64,000 nt of DNA from an uncultured Flavobacteriales bacterium. Lineage in GTDB: Bacteria > Bacteroidota > Bacteroidia > Flavobacteriales > BACL11. Each line of letters starts with the position of its first letter. Position 1 is the first letter of the stretch. A program made the translations under genes and the position numbers. The notes under the pieces were generated by a model. It searched no databases, had not been told where the DNA came from, and worked only from the letters and a program-made list of their open reading frames with translations. The stretch spans positions 371 through 64,370 of the forward strand of contig CAJQJY010000012.1 in NCBI GenBank assembly GCA_905478765.1. The letters are read 5' to 3'. Shown here piece by piece: positions 63,459 through 64,000 of the stretch.

Positions 63459-64000
63459 TTAAAACCAAATCCCTACTCCTAAATTAAATTGTCCATTCTC
63501 CTCATCAGAACCAGCATTAGATTTAATTTGATAATCTGCTTTAAAAACAGCACCTGGTGCAACTTTAAATCCAAGCCCAAAAGTTATTTCTGTACGATTA
63601 TATGTGTCATTAATTGTAATTCCTTCAACTTCTGCATGAGTATTATAGTTCTCATATCTTGCAAAAGCAATTAATTCTTCTGAATCACTTGAAATAGAAG
63701 GAATAATCCCATCCATTAAATTGTATCCTATCTCATAATAGTATCCTGTTAAACTACTCCCTACATCTTTTTCGGTGAATCCATTATATTGATCTGTATT
63801 TGATAAATCAGCAATAATATATTGTCCTGTTAATTGTAAGGATCCCTTATGATACCTTGCATCAATTCCAATCATTTGAATTCCAATAATAGTGGAGTCT
63901 GCAGTAGCAACAGCTGTTTCATCAGCTAAGTCTAAACCATCATAGGCTTTGCTTTCTGAATCGCCTAAATAAGCAGAAAATCCAAAATTTAAACCTGGTT
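63459..64000 (-). CDS. outer-membrane beta-barrel (porin-like) protein, C-terminal part only (gene starts beyond the window end)
   Basis: The ORF-track fragment extends upstream in frame to base 64000 (..PGLNFGFSAYLGDSESKAYDGLDLADETAVATADSTIIGIQMIGIDARY..). Alternating beta pattern; ends GVGIWF (OMP C-terminal Phe). Confidence 0.6.
   Translation of the reverse strand, partial: PGLNFGFSAYLGDSESKAYDGLDLADETAVATADSTIIGIQMIGIDARYHKGSLQLTGQYIIADLSNTDQYNGFTEKDVGSSLTGYYYEIGYNLMDGIIPSISSDSEELIAFARYENYNTHAEVEGITINDTYNRTEITFGLGFKVAPGAVFKADYQIKSNAGSDEENGQFNLGVGIWF

Noticed and set aside
1-64000. Scan for CRISPR arrays, rRNA genes, transposases or integrases, IS inverted repeats, toxin-antitoxin pairs and known defence gene signatures
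   Set aside because: No regularly spaced repeats, rRNA-like sequence, DDE or tyrosine recombinase motifs, or recognisable defence domains were seen on either strand. YraN and the YwqK-like protein are housekeeping or lipoprotein-type genes here, not parts of visible TA or defence modules.

Overview
AT-rich (roughly one-third GC), densely packed bacterial chromosome segment, most likely from Bacteroidota, probably Flavobacteriia-like. Support for that lineage: two type-A and one type-B T9SS C-terminal sorting domains, a PorP/SprF gene, families typical of the phylum (DUF4270, DUF4197, DUF2723), and TAnnTTTG -7 boxes in front of all four tRNA genes and many CDSs. I call about 60 CDSs, mostly housekeeping. 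They include pth-rplY-prs, glmS, panC, radA, trpS, metG, gatC, hflX, rbfA, dusB and sod. Also present are an exbB-exbD-exbD cluster and an hppD-hmgA-FAH tyrosine catabolism cluster. There are four tRNAs (Gln-UUG, a CAU tRNA that looks like Ile2, Cys-GCA, Leu-CAA) and several clear rho-independent terminators. I found no rRNA, CRISPR array, transposase, integrase or recognisable defence system. Adjacent genes often overlap by 1 nt in a TAATG arrangement (6252, 13318, 17575, 26897, 35262, 47921, 62947). The most accessory-looking part, and my best candidate for an undescribed system, is the minus-strand operon at 59606-64000. It encodes a porin-like OMP, a small FMN-binding protein carrying the DGISGAT flavinylation motif, a TonB-dependent receptor, a Cys-rich lipoprotein containing a perfect 158-bp internal duplication, and an HmuY-like lipoprotein. 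Other items worth a second look: an RluB-like pseudouridine synthase with the catalytic Asp replaced by Asn; a hotdog-fold gene broken by three in-frame TAA codons with no frameshift; a G8 tract early in a T9SS-secreted CotH-family gene; a ~1 kb orphan-gene island flanked by 13-bp direct repeats; three amidohydrolase modules of which only one keeps HxH; and -7 boxes only 4-9 nt from start codons, implying leaderless mRNAs. All family assignments come from motif recognition by eye; no searches were run.
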